Source of the DNA: Candidatus Multivoradales bacterium
GTDB taxonomy: Bacteria; Acidobacteriota; Thermoanaerobaculia; Multivoradales; J023
Direction of reading: 5' to 3'
DNA length: 64,000 nucleotides
Assembly: GCA_965248925.1 (NCBI GenBank)
Contig: CBDFLE010000005.1
Location: 1,568,001-1,632,000, forward strand
The notes under the pieces were generated by a model. It was not told the origin of the DNA. It made no database searches and saw only the letters and a program-made list of their open reading frames with translations. Of the stretch, positions 19,841 through 29,474 are shown piece after piece (positions within the stretch are counted from its first letter, which is position 1; the number at the start of each line of letters is the position of its first letter). A program made the translations under genes and the position numbers.

Positions 19841-20022
19841 GGCACCAGGCTAAGTTGCGATCAGGTTGCGATCCGAAATTGCGGTCAAGTTGCGCGGCGA
19901 CCAGGAGGGCTATCGGCGATCACACCGTGCGATCCTCCTCCGCGCTAGCATAAGTTACCAGGAACCGGTAGATTCGGCGGCGTTTTCTGCTTCTGGACGG
20001 CCGACATGCCGATTGCGACACC

Positions 20023-21642
20023 ATGTTTCTCGATGCCCTAAAAGAGTTCAGCTGGGTACTGCGTGCACGTCTGCGTGATCGCGGCTCCGAGGTCTGCCTG
20101 ACCGACGGCTGGCACGGCCTGGAAGTTGGCCGGGTGGGCTTCTTTCGTTGGTCCTCCAAACTCGCCAAGCTAGAACTCGAGGGACCGCGGCTGGGCCGTG
20201 TCCGCCTCCACCTCTACTCCCAAGTGCCCACCCACTGCACAGTCCGAATCGGCGGCGAACCAGCGGCCGAGGCCGAAGTGGAAGGCTTCGCCAAAGTAGA
20301 ACTCGAGGTCGGTGGCGCCGACCGCGCCGAACTCGAGATCGAAGTCGATCGCACCTGGAGTTCGGGCGACCCCACCGAACGAGAGTTGGGGATCTCGTTG
20401 GTCGAGCTTCGGTTCGACAGCGCCCGCGGCGAGCGTCGGGCCAGCCTGCGGCAAACCCGCACGAGCGTTCGCACCGTCGTCGTTGCGACTTCGCGAGCCC
20501 CGTTCGAAGACAGTGGCGGCAACGTTTATATGGCTGAGACACTGGTCCGCCAACTACGCCTGGCCGGCTTCAGGGCGACGGTGTTCTACACCCCGCAGAA
20601 CGCCCATCACTTATTTTGGCCACTGCTCGGCGGCTACCTCGCCAACGCCGCCACCGACCTGGGTCACTATGACGACATCGACCTAGTGATCAGCCTGCGC
20701 TATCCGAGCTACGCCGTCCGCCATCCCAATCACGTCACCTGGCTGACCCATCGGCAGCGTGAATTCTACGATCTCTGGCAGTCCCGCGAACCCCTTTGGC
20801 CGGCCCGGGCGCGGCTGTTGCGGCGCTTGCAGCGGCCGTTGATCCACGCCCTCGACCGCCATTTGCTGCGCCGACGGCCGCGGCGGGTTTTCGCCCTGTC
20901 GGCCAACGTCCAGGCTCGCTTACAGCGCTGGGGCAAGATCGACTCACGGATCCTGCACATGCCACCGGTCGGAGATCAGCTTTACAGCGGACGCAACGAA
21001 CCCTACATCCTGACGGTCTCCAGATTGGCCGAGCTAAAACGCATCCATCTGCTGATCGCAGCGATGGCCCGACTCAACGACCGCGAGATGCGCTGCATCA
21101 TTGTCGGCACCGGCCCCCAACACCAGCACCTTGCCCGCTTGATCAGCGAGCACCATCTAGATGACCGCGTCGAGTTAGTCGGCTTTGCCGAGGATGCCCA
21201 GCTGACCGAGCTTTACGCCCACTGCCGAGCAGTGTTCTTCGGCCCCTATGACGAGGATTTCGGCTTGGTGACGGTCGAGGCGATGAAGAGCCGCAAGCCA
21301 GTGATCACTTGCACCGACAGCGGCGGCCCCCTCGAGTTGGTGCGCCACCAAGTCAACGGCTTGGTGGTCGAACCCGAGGCCGCCGCCATCGCCGCTGCCA
21401 TCGACCATCTGGCCAGCGAACCCCACAGCGCCCAGGCGCTCGGTGAGCAAGGTTACGAAACGGTCCGCTGTATCACTTGGCAGCGGGTGATCGAGCAGCT
21501 GACCAGCACCGAGAGTGAGGCTTGGGCCACCAGCCCTGCCCAACGCGCCAGCAGTGAGGCCAACAGCGAGGCCAACAGTGAGGCCAACAGTGATTCCGCC
21601 TCCCCCCTAAAGCCAGCGATCCTGAGTCGGAAAGATGCCTGA
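20023..21642 (+). CDS. Glycosyltransferase family 4 with an N-terminal beta-sandwich module
   Basis: SRLAELKR, DEDFGLVTVEAM and DSGGPLE GT-B motifs. Confidence 0.88.
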   Translation: MFLDALKEFSWVLRARLRDRGSEVCLTDGWHGLEVGRVGFFRWSSKLAKLELEGPRLGRVRLHLYSQVPTHCTVRIGGEPAAEAEVEGFAKVELEVGGADRAELEIEVDRTWSSGDPTERELGISLVELRFDSARGERRASLRQTRTSVRTVVVATSRAPFEDSGGNVYMAETLVRQLRLAGFRATVFYTPQNAHHLFWPLLGGYLANAATDLGHYDDIDLVISLRYPSYAVRHPNHVTWLTHRQREFYDLWQSREPLWPARARLLRRLQRPLIHALDRHLLRRRPRRVFALSANVQARLQRWGKIDSRILHMPPVGDQLYSGRNEPYILTVSRLAELKRIHLLIAAMARLNDREMRCIIVGTGPQHQHLARLISEHHLDDRVELVGFAEDAQLTELYAHCRAVFFGPYDEDFGLVTVEAMKSRKPVITCTDSGGPLELVRHQVNGLVVEPEAAAIAAAIDHLASEPHSAQALGEQGYETVRCITWQRVIEQLTSTESEAWATSPAQRASSEANSEANSEANSDSASPLKPAILSRKDA

Positions 21643-23617
21643 GCCCCTCTCACCCTTGATCGACGAGTTGCTGCTCAAAGTAGATCGGGAAGCCGAACAG
21701 CACCGGCGCGACAAGCCGGGAATCGATACCGACGGGCCGCGCGGCCGCACCCGGCCGGTGGACGGCCGGGCGGTGACCGCGGCGCTCAATCGCGCCCTGG
21801 CGACCCGCCTCGGCGTCGAGATTCAAGACCTGCCGCAGCCATTGGGCGCCTGGCCCGACGAAGGCGGCGACATTGAAGCCTACCTCCACGCCGCTTATGC
21901 TCTGCTGGTGGGTCGCGAACCTGATGCGGCCGGTCTGGAGTTCCACAGCCGTGAAATCGCCAGTGGCCGGCGACCCCGAGAGGCGGTGCTCAGCGACCTG
22001 GAAACCTCGGCCGAAGCCGCCGCGATGGCCGCCCGCGCCGCCCCCTGGCCACTCGATTTCCTGGCCCGCCAGGCAGCCGGCGAGGGGCCGACCCGCGAAC
22101 CTTCTCCTCCTCCCCCAGCCACCCTCCGCGTGCCCCGCGCAACCCCCGCCACCGAGCCCCTATCCGCGCCCGGCTCGTCAGTCGCTGCCGGCGAAATACT
22201 ATGCGGTGAGCGCAACGCCTTCGTCCGCCGTGCCTACCGCATGGTGCTCGGGCGCGAAGCGGGGGCAGCAGGCCACAAGCTCTACTACCGCAAGCTGGCG
22301 GCGGGTCGGCTGTCGCGCGGCGAGTTGCTGTGGCACCTCCGCCATTCGCCAGAAGGCGAAGCGCACGGGGTCGAGATCCGCGGCCTGGTCGCCCACCGCT
22401 TCCACGGCCGCTGTGGTCGGCTGCCCGTACTCGGGCCGCTCTATCGCTGGCTGCGGACGCTGATCGAACTACCGCGGCGGCTGCGGCAACTCGAGCACAC
22501 CACCGCTGACTCGCAACAGAGTGAGCAACGCCTAGCCGCCCTCGAGCAAAGCCTGACGGAGCTAGGAACCGAGATCGAACGCTGGACAACTCTCTCTAGC
22601 GAGCATGCCGAAACCTTGAGCACGACCGTGGCCAGCGAAGCGGCCGCCCGTCGGCGCTCGGTAGCCACCCTCTATCGCCGCGCCCTCGAAGCACTGGCCG
22701 TCGAACGCCGCACCGCCGACAACGCCTTGGAACGCGCCACCCAACGTCTACGTCGCGGCGAGTTGACAGCGTTGCGCGGTGCCCTCCAAAGTCTCGACAG
22801 CGAACTCAAGAGTGAATCCCAGAGCCGCGGGACGCTCGCCAGCTTCGCCGACCAGCTGTTCAGCGAGCAACAGGAACAAGCCGCAGCGCTCGCCGACCTA
22901 CGCCAGCAAACCACCCGCCTCGATCCGGCAAGAGTGCTCGCCGACGCGGACAGCAACGACGATTTCTACGTCGCCCTTGAAGAGCGCTTCCGCGGTCCTA
23001 GAGAGGCAATCCGTGAGCATCTGAAGGTCTATCTGCCCCATCTGCACACCGCCCTGAAGGATACCTCGGGCCCCTTGCTCGACCTCGGCTGCGGCCGCGG
23101 CGAGTGGTTACAGCTGCTGCACGATGAGGGTTGGGGGGCTAGCGGCGTCGATCTCAATCGCCGCTTCGTCGAACAGTGCCGCGACCACGATCTCGACGTC
23201 GAGCAGGGCGACGCCCTGCGTGTGCTGGCGGCTCGGCCGGCCGGCTCCCTAGCCGCCGTCACCGCCTTCCACCTGGCCGAGCACCTGCCGACCACCGACT
23301 TGTTGAGCCTGCTCGACCAGGCCCACCGAGTGCTGGCTCCGGGCGGCCTGCTGCTGCTCGAAACACCCAATCCGGAAAATCTCTTGGTGGGAGCCTGCAA
23401 CTTCCATCTCGATCCCACCCACCGTCAACCCCTGCCGCCGCTGCTGCTGGAGTTCTTGCTCCAAGCGCGGGGATTCGAAGAAGTCGAAGTCCTGCGCTTG
23501 CTGACCCAGCCTGAAGGCACTCAGATCGTGCCCAGAATCGACCGTGCCCCCGGCGGGGAGCTGTGGCTGGACTTCTTCGGCGCCATGAACTACGCCGTGC
23601 TGGGGCGCCGTCGATGA
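21635..23617 (+). CDS. DUF4214-like repeats + coiled coil + class I SAM methyltransferase (WbdD-like chain-end modifier)
   Basis: Two AYxxxxGRExxxAG units, a long heptad region, then FY..LEERFRG, LDLGCGRGEW, FHLAEHL, ETPNPEN and DPTH. Confidence 0.85.
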   Translation: MPEPLSPLIDELLLKVDREAEQHRRDKPGIDTDGPRGRTRPVDGRAVTAALNRALATRLGVEIQDLPQPLGAWPDEGGDIEAYLHAAYALLVGREPDAAGLEFHSREIASGRRPREAVLSDLETSAEAAAMAARAAPWPLDFLARQAAGEGPTREPSPPPPATLRVPRATPATEPLSAPGSSVAAGEILCGERNAFVRRAYRMVLGREAGAAGHKLYYRKLAAGRLSRGELLWHLRHSPEGEAHGVEIRGLVAHRFHGRCGRLPVLGPLYRWLRTLIELPRRLRQLEHTTADSQQSEQRLAALEQSLTELGTEIERWTTLSSEHAETLSTTVASEAAARRRSVATLYRRALEALAVERRTADNALERATQRLRRGELTALRGALQSLDSELKSESQSRGTLASFADQLFSEQQEQAAALADLRQQTTRLDPARVLADADSNDDFYVALEERFRGPREAIREHLKVYLPHLHTALKDTSGPLLDLGCGRGEWLQLLHDEGWGASGVDLNRRFVEQCRDHDLDVEQGDALRVLAARPAGSLAAVTAFHLAEHLPTTDLLSLLDQAHRVLAPGGLLLLETPNPENLLVGACNFHLDPTHRQPLPPLLLEFLLQARGFEEVEVLRLLTQPEGTQIVPRIDRAPGGELWLDFFGAMNYAVLGRRR

Positions 23618-24672
23618 AGGTCGCGGTCTGCGCGCTGGATCCGCCGACCAGCGGCATCGGCGGCGCCGAGCTGCTCACCCGCGGCTTGTGCCGGGCGCTG
23701 CGGACCGCGGATCACCAGGTCGAACTGATCCGGCGGCCCTTTCACTACCAGCCCCCTGAAGCGGTCAGCAGCAGCATGGCGGCCTGGCAGGGAGCCCTCG
23801 ATGAAGTCGAGGCGGAACGGGTTGTCTGCCTGCAATTCCCGACCTACCTGGCAGCCCACCCGCGGCGCGTGCTGTGGCTCCTGCATCAACACCGCGCGGT
23901 TTACGAACTGTGGGACACCCCGCTCGGTGGCAGCCTGTCGAGCCACCACGCGGGCCGCCAGCTGCGCCGGACCATCCACCAAACAGACCACCGAGTCTTG
24001 CCCCAGATCAACCCACGATTCACCATCGGCGCTCGGGTGTCGGCGCGACTCGAAGAATTCACCCAACTCAGCAGCCAAGTCCTGTGGCACCCACCACCAG
24101 CCGCCGACAAGTTCTACCGCCGACCTGCCGAGCCCTTCATTTTCGCCCCCAGCCGACTGGAAGATCACAAGCGGCAGCATCTGTTGATCGACGCCATGCG
24201 CCATGTGCGTAGCCCGGTAGTGGCCTTGCTGGCCGGCGAAGGAGGGCAGCGCCTGGCTCTCGAGCAGCGGATCGAGCGCTACGGATTGGGCGACCGCGTG
24301 CGGCTGCTCGGCGAGGTCGACTCCGATACCCTGCGGGCCCTCTACTCCCTCTGCCTGGCGGTCTTCTTCGCCCCTTTCGACGAGGACTATGGCTACGTCA
24401 CGCTGGAGGCCATGCTGGCGTCGAAACCGGTTCTGACCACCCTCGACGCCGGCGGGCCGCTAGAATTCGTCGTTGCCAACGAGACCGGCTGGGTGGTCGC
24501 CCCCGAAGCCAAAGCCATCGCCGATCAGATCGATCGCTTGGCCGGCAATCGGCGTTTGTCAGAGGAGCTGGGAAGCGCCGGCCGGCAGCACTACGACTCG
24601 CTAGGGATCTCCTGGCAACGAGTAGTGAGCACCTTGCTGGCGAAGGCGCCACCCGCGGCTGACCTGCGATAG
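23614..24672 (+). CDS. Glycosyltransferase family 4
   Basis: ATGA overlap with the upstream stop. GGAE, SRLEDHKRQ, DEDYGYVTLEAM and DAGGPLE motifs. Confidence 0.9.
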   Translation: MKVAVCALDPPTSGIGGAELLTRGLCRALRTADHQVELIRRPFHYQPPEAVSSSMAAWQGALDEVEAERVVCLQFPTYLAAHPRRVLWLLHQHRAVYELWDTPLGGSLSSHHAGRQLRRTIHQTDHRVLPQINPRFTIGARVSARLEEFTQLSSQVLWHPPPAADKFYRRPAEPFIFAPSRLEDHKRQHLLIDAMRHVRSPVVALLAGEGGQRLALEQRIERYGLGDRVRLLGEVDSDTLRALYSLCLAVFFAPFDEDYGYVTLEAMLASKPVLTTLDAGGPLEFVVANETGWVVAPEAKAIADQIDRLAGNRRLSEELGSAGRQHYDSLGISWQRVVSTLLAKAPPAADLR

Positions 24673-24703
24673 GTTCGCTAAGATAGGTCTCAGCCTCAAC
24701 ACC

Positions 24704-27187
24704 ATGAAAATCGCCATCCTAGCTCCCAGCCCCGTGCCCTTCACCGTAGGTGGCGCCGAGCGTTTCGTCTGGGGCTTGCTCGACCACTTCAATCGGGCAA
24801 CACCGCACCGCGCCGAGCTGATCAAGCTGCCGCTGCACGAGAGTGGTTTCTGGCAGCTGGTCGGCTCCTATCGGGCGTTCTCGCGCCTCGATCTGGACCA
24901 CTTCGATCTGGTGGTGTCGACCAAGTATCCGAGCTGGATGGTTCATCACCGCCACCATCGGGTGTTGATGCTGCACAAGCTGCGCGGGCTCTACGACACC
25001 TATCCGAACCCTCCAGCAGACCCGGCCGACCTTCACCCGGCGGTCAGCAAGGTCCGCGAACTGCTGCATCAGCCGCCGAATCGCGAGTCGCTGGCGGTGC
25101 TTTTCGACCACCTTGATCGGGCACGTCGCGATCGCTCCCTGCCGCTGGCTGCCCTGCGCTTCCCCGGCCCCTTGGCTCGCGAGGTGGTGCACTTTCTCGA
25201 CGCCGTGGGCCTGGCGCCGCCAGCGATCAGCGGCTACGCGGCGATCTCGCACAACGTGCGCCAGCGGCAGGACTATTTCCCCGCCGGCAGTGAGGTCACA
25301 GTCTGCCATCCACCGCCAGCCCATCGCTGCCCCGATAGCGACGGCGGACAGGGCTACTTCCTCACCCTGGCGCGCTTCGACAACGGCAAGCGAGTTCGCT
25401 TGATGGCTGAAGCCTACCGCTTGGCGAGCACCGAGCTGCCCTTCAAGATCGTCGGCAGTGGACCCCAAGAGGCCGAGTTGCGCGCCATGGCGGCGGCGGA
25501 TCCGCGCCTGGAATTGCTCGGCGCGGTAGCCGAGGCAGCCGTACCAGCCCTCTATGCGGGCGCGCTGGCGGTGCTTTACACCCCTTACGACGAGGACTAT
25601 GGGCTGGTGGCGGCCGAGGCCCTGGCGACCGGCAAACCGGTGATCACCACCGCCGATGCAGGGGGTCCGTTGGAACTGGTCGAGCATGGAGTCAATGGCC
25701 TGGTGGCAGCGCCCGAGGCGACCGCCCTGGCCGCTGAAATCGACCTCCTGGCCAGCACCCCGGAACTGGCCGCCGAACTCGGCGCCGCCGGCCTGAGGGT
25801 CGCCGCCGAACTCACTTGGGAACGTCTGACGGAAGACCTGTTGAGAACTTCGCCAGGCGCCAGCGCCGCCGTCCAGCGCCAGCGACGACCCAAGCTCACC
25901 GTCGCTACCACCTACCCTATTTATCCACCGCGGGGCGGCGGCCAGAGCCGCGTTTTTCACCTCTACCGCCACTTGGCGGAGCACTGGGACATCGAAGTGG
26001 TGAGCTTCACCGACCATGGCGAGGCAGCTTTCGCAGGCCCCATCGCCGCCGGCCTGAGGGAGATCCGATTGCCTAAATCGGCGGTGCATGAGCATCGCGA
26101 GCGGCTGATCGCCGAAACCCTCGGTGGCTTGCCGGCCACTGATCTGCTGATGCCTGAGCTGTGGTCGTTGACCCCTGAATATGGCGAGCGGCTGCGCGCT
26201 TCAGGTCAGGACGCCGAAGCGGTCGTCGCTTGCCAACCCTACTTGTGGCCGGCAATCGACGGCTGTCTGGCCAACAAGCCGCTGTTTTATGACTCACAGA
26301 ACGTCGAAGCGAATCTCAAGGCCGCCGTGCTGCCGGACAACCCGCTCGGCCAACACTGGCTCGCCGAGGTTCGCCGAGTCGAAGGCGAGTGCTGCCGGCA
26401 AGCCCTCCTGACCTTGGTTTGCAGCCTCGACGAAGGCACCGAGATGGCGACCCTCTACGGCCTCGACGCGGACCGTTTTAGACTGGTGGCCAACGGTACC
26501 GACCTCGATTCGGTCACCTACGTCGATCTCGAAGAACGCCTCCTAGCAAGGCTCCGTGGCGGCCTCGAAGACACCTTCTGCGCCCTCTTCATGGGCAGCT
26601 GGCATCCTCCCAATCTGAAAGCACTGGAAGTGATCCTCGCCCTGGCAGAGTCCACGCCCGATATCTGTTTTCTGGTCATGGGCAGTGTTGGTCAAGCGGT
26701 GCGACGTGACGCCCTGCCCGGCAATGTGGCACTGCTCGGAGTGGTCGACAACCCAACCAAAGATCTGCTGCTGGGCATCGCCGATGTGGCGCTAAACCCT
26801 ATGTCCAATGGCGCCGGCACAAATCTGAAAATGCTCGATTATCTGGCCGCCGGCCTGCCGCTGCTGTCGACCCCTTTCGGCGCCCGCGGCCTCGACCTCG
26901 ACCCCGAGCGCCATCTCTGGTTAGCCGATCTCGACGACCTCGGCGAGGCTCTCGCCCAGTTGCGTTCAAGCAGTGACGAGGAACGAGCCAAGCGCGCCGC
27001 CGCCGGCTACCAGCAGGTCCGCCAGCACTACAGCTGGCGCTCCATCGCCGAGCACTATCACCGCGCTTTGCGGCTGGCGCTGGGGCTCGCCGAAGAGTCC
27101 TCCAGCCTTCCCGCCGCGCCGATCCGCACCAACTCCAGTCGCTCCACCGCCAGCGCCAACAGGCGCTCGTCATCGGCGGTCCGCTGA
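24704..27187 (+). CDS. Tandem two-domain glycosyltransferase family 4
   Basis: Domain 1 has GGAE..DEDYGLVAAEA. Domain 2 has PPRGGGQSR..GTNLKMLDYLAAGLP. Confidence 0.88.
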   Translation: MKIAILAPSPVPFTVGGAERFVWGLLDHFNRATPHRAELIKLPLHESGFWQLVGSYRAFSRLDLDHFDLVVSTKYPSWMVHHRHHRVLMLHKLRGLYDTYPNPPADPADLHPAVSKVRELLHQPPNRESLAVLFDHLDRARRDRSLPLAALRFPGPLAREVVHFLDAVGLAPPAISGYAAISHNVRQRQDYFPAGSEVTVCHPPPAHRCPDSDGGQGYFLTLARFDNGKRVRLMAEAYRLASTELPFKIVGSGPQEAELRAMAAADPRLELLGAVAEAAVPALYAGALAVLYTPYDEDYGLVAAEALATGKPVITTADAGGPLELVEHGVNGLVAAPEATALAAEIDLLASTPELAAELGAAGLRVAAELTWERLTEDLLRTSPGASAAVQRQRRPKLTVATTYPIYPPRGGGQSRVFHLYRHLAEHWDIEVVSFTDHGEAAFAGPIAAGLREIRLPKSAVHEHRERLIAETLGGLPATDLLMPELWSLTPEYGERLRASGQDAEAVVACQPYLWPAIDGCLANKPLFYDSQNVEANLKAAVLPDNPLGQHWLAEVRRVEGECCRQALLTLVCSLDEGTEMATLYGLDADRFRLVANGTDLDSVTYVDLEERLLARLRGGLEDTFCALFMGSWHPPNLKALEVILALAESTPDICFLVMGSVGQAVRRDALPGNVALLGVVDNPTKDLLLGIADVALNPMSNGAGTNLKMLDYLAAGLPLLSTPFGARGLDLDPERHLWLADLDDLGEALAQLRSSSDEERAKRAAAGYQQVRQHYSWRSIAEHYHRALRLALGLAEESSSLPAAPIRTNSSRSTASANRRSSSAVR

Positions 27188-29394
27188 GCATCGGGGAGGT
27201 CGAAGGCAATGATGTTCGGGGTCCGGACGCTGAGTATTGCCGCCGGCACCAGCAAGCTTCGATCACTGGCGTCGAAACCCTCGAACCACAACTCGCCGAG
27301 GTCTTTCCCGTTGATCTGCACCCGCACCCGCTGACTACCGAGAGCGCGGGCACGCAGCTGCAATCGATGGTCCCAGCCTGCCGCGCCCTTAGGCAGCGGA
27401 TAAGCCAGCCGGGAGCGTTCGCCATCGGTCCACCGCCAACCAGCCTCGGCACGGCTAAAGCCATCCAGGAAGTAAGGCTCGGCATCGAAGCCCAGCCCGG
27501 CCCGCGGCGCCTCGAGCGGTGAGATCCACAGCGAACGCAAGGCAATCCCCACTACCCGACCATCTAGGGCGCTGGCCGGAGCCGCACCCGGCACCAGAAC
27601 CTGCAGAGAGTGGCTCGCTGGGGAACCGCCAGCCGCAGCCTCGGCACTGCTCAGGAAGGCTTCTCTGGAGAAGGCAAAACGGCCGATCTGAGGCTCGAAA
27701 CCAGCGTAGACCCAGCGGCCTAGGGTCGTGCCATCCAGGCGCAACTCGACCTCCTGCCGCCCATTCCCGCTGGCTTCCAAATGGAGCACATAGCTCGACC
27801 CGCGCGGCGCCTTCTGCAAGCGAAAATGCAAAGAGGAAGTCCCGTCCGACCACTGCCATTGTCGTTCCGGATGATGCCAGCCATCAAACACCGCCCGCTC
27901 GCCCCCGGGCTCGATCGCTTCGCCAAAGGAGTAGGGCAGCAACTCAAGCCACTGGTGTTTGAGATAGCGCGCCTCCAGATTGCCGAGCCGGGCCAAGAAC
28001 TGCGGGTGACGCCAATCGAAGAGCAGATGTGGGTTGCGCTCCAAATCGGGCATCACGCTCCACAGCCGCGGCGCTGGATTGAACAGCCCCTGCCAGACAT
28101 GGATCCAAATGGCGACAACCCCGAGCAGCAGATAGGCGAAAGCCCACCCGCGAGCCACCGTCGACGATTGGCCAGGGCCGCGCAAGCGCTCCCAAACCAA
28201 AGCCGCCAGCAGCGCGACAGGAGGCATCATTTCGGTCAAGAGCCGCGGCCCAAAAGAGTATCCGCCCCACCAATAGCCCTTGATCGAAGCGCCCAGCAAA
28301 TGACTACCCCACCACACCGCCAGCAGCCAAAAGAGCGGCTGCTGGACCAGCTGCCGCAGCTTGAAAACCACTCCCGCAAGCACCACGATCACAAACGGAC
28401 AGAAGATCAGCAACCCGCGGGACGGACTGATCAGATTGCCCTGCAAGCCGTGCAACAGCGGCGTCCAGGCAGTCAGCCGTCGCGGCGAGTAGTACTCGGG
28501 GATTTGCTCACCCAACAGCCACCATCCAGCGACCGCCGCGAGAGCCACCACCACCGCCGCAGCAGCTGCCCACCAAAGGGCCCGGCGCGTCTGCGACCGG
28601 GCGTAAAGAAGGGCGCCATAAACCACCACGGCGACCACGAAAAATCCCGCCGTCGGCCGACAGGCGTAAGCTGCGACCAGCAAGATCCCGACATAGAGCG
28701 GCCGCGAGCGGGCGCCCGGCAGGCGCCGCGCCCGCACCAACTGGCGCAACGCCAACAACAGGAAAACCAAAACAAAGTCAATGCTCCACAAACCCGTGGC
28801 CAGGGTGCTTATCAGCATGCTGCCGAGGGTGCTCAGCAGAGCGATCACCAAGCCAGCACGGTGGCCTACGAGCAGTCGGCAAATCTGGTAGAGCAGCACG
28901 AAGATCCAAGCCGTCAGCAGCGCCGAGAACACATCCTGCAACGCCGCCTCGTCAGCCAACAACAGCATGTTGAAGCCCAGCCGACGTGCTAGCCATACCG
29001 CCGGCACGGACAGTAGCGGCACGACCGGCGAAAAATAGAAACTGCCTCCATCACGATGCCGAATCCGGTAGTCCCCATCGAGATCATAGGTCAGCAGCGG
29101 ATGGTCGCGGTAGACCTCCAGATCGGGGCTGTGGTGTTCGAGCCAGGCTTGGGAGGCGAGTAACAGCAGGGCCGAGTCGGAGTTCGCGGTCTCGATCGGC
29201 GTACCCCAAGCCAACGCGGCGATCAACAACCCCAAGACAAAGGTACGCAGGGGGTGCTCGGCAAACCAGATCGGAGGTGGTTTGCAAACCACCGGGACTG
29301 CTGTACCATCGGGGCCTGACGAATCAGGGTTCCTGCTGCTCGAATGTGCCTTGTTTGACGTTCGGCCGCTTATTGAAGATGTTTTTGAACTCAT
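27058..29394 (-). CDS. Polytopic membrane protein, GT-C-like, with two C-terminal periplasmic beta-sandwich repeats
   Basis: About 11 hydrophobic segments, LISPSRGLLIFCP, WWGGYSFGPRLL, and repeats GWHHPE..WQWSDG / GFSRAE..WRWTDG. Start uncertain. Confidence 0.72.
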   Translation of the reverse strand: MSSKTSSISGRTSNKAHSSSRNPDSSGPDGTAVPVVCKPPPIWFAEHPLRTFVLGLLIAALAWGTPIETANSDSALLLLASQAWLEHHSPDLEVYRDHPLLTYDLDGDYRIRHRDGGSFYFSPVVPLLSVPAVWLARRLGFNMLLLADEAALQDVFSALLTAWIFVLLYQICRLLVGHRAGLVIALLSTLGSMLISTLATGLWSIDFVLVFLLLALRQLVRARRLPGARSRPLYVGILLVAAYACRPTAGFFVVAVVVYGALLYARSQTRRALWWAAAAAVVVALAAVAGWWLLGEQIPEYYSPRRLTAWTPLLHGLQGNLISPSRGLLIFCPFVIVVLAGVVFKLRQLVQQPLFWLLAVWWGSHLLGASIKGYWWGGYSFGPRLLTEMMPPVALLAALVWERLRGPGQSSTVARGWAFAYLLLGVVAIWIHVWQGLFNPAPRLWSVMPDLERNPHLLFDWRHPQFLARLGNLEARYLKHQWLELLPYSFGEAIEPGGERAVFDGWHHPERQWQWSDGTSSLHFRLQKAPRGSSYVLHLEASGNGRQEVELRLDGTTLGRWVYAGFEPQIGRFAFSREAFLSSAEAAAGGSPASHSLQVLVPGAAPASALDGRVVGIALRSLWISPLEAPRAGLGFDAEPYFLDGFSRAEAGWRWTDGERSRLAYPLPKGAAGWDHRLQLRARALGSQRVRVQINGKDLGELWFEGFDASDRSLLVPAAILSVRTPNIIAFDLPDAQRTADDERLLALAVERLELVRIGAAGRLEDSSASPSASRKAR

Positions 29395-29474
29395 TGGAAA
29401 GTCTATGGCGCGCCGATCCCGAACATCTTACACTCGTTGGCAGCCCACCCCCGGGCAGCCCCACCCGAGCTGAT

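Noticed and set aside
21553-21592. 12-bp repeat x3 encoding SEAN in the GT tail
   Set aside because: A short in-frame slippage in a disordered C-terminus with no evident function.
28986-29474. 163-aa N-terminal extension of the decaheme cytochrome (PioA-like long N-terminus)
   Set aside because: It overlaps the divergent membrane gene and is low-complexity. A signal peptide follows ATG 29475, so the extension is probably not translated.
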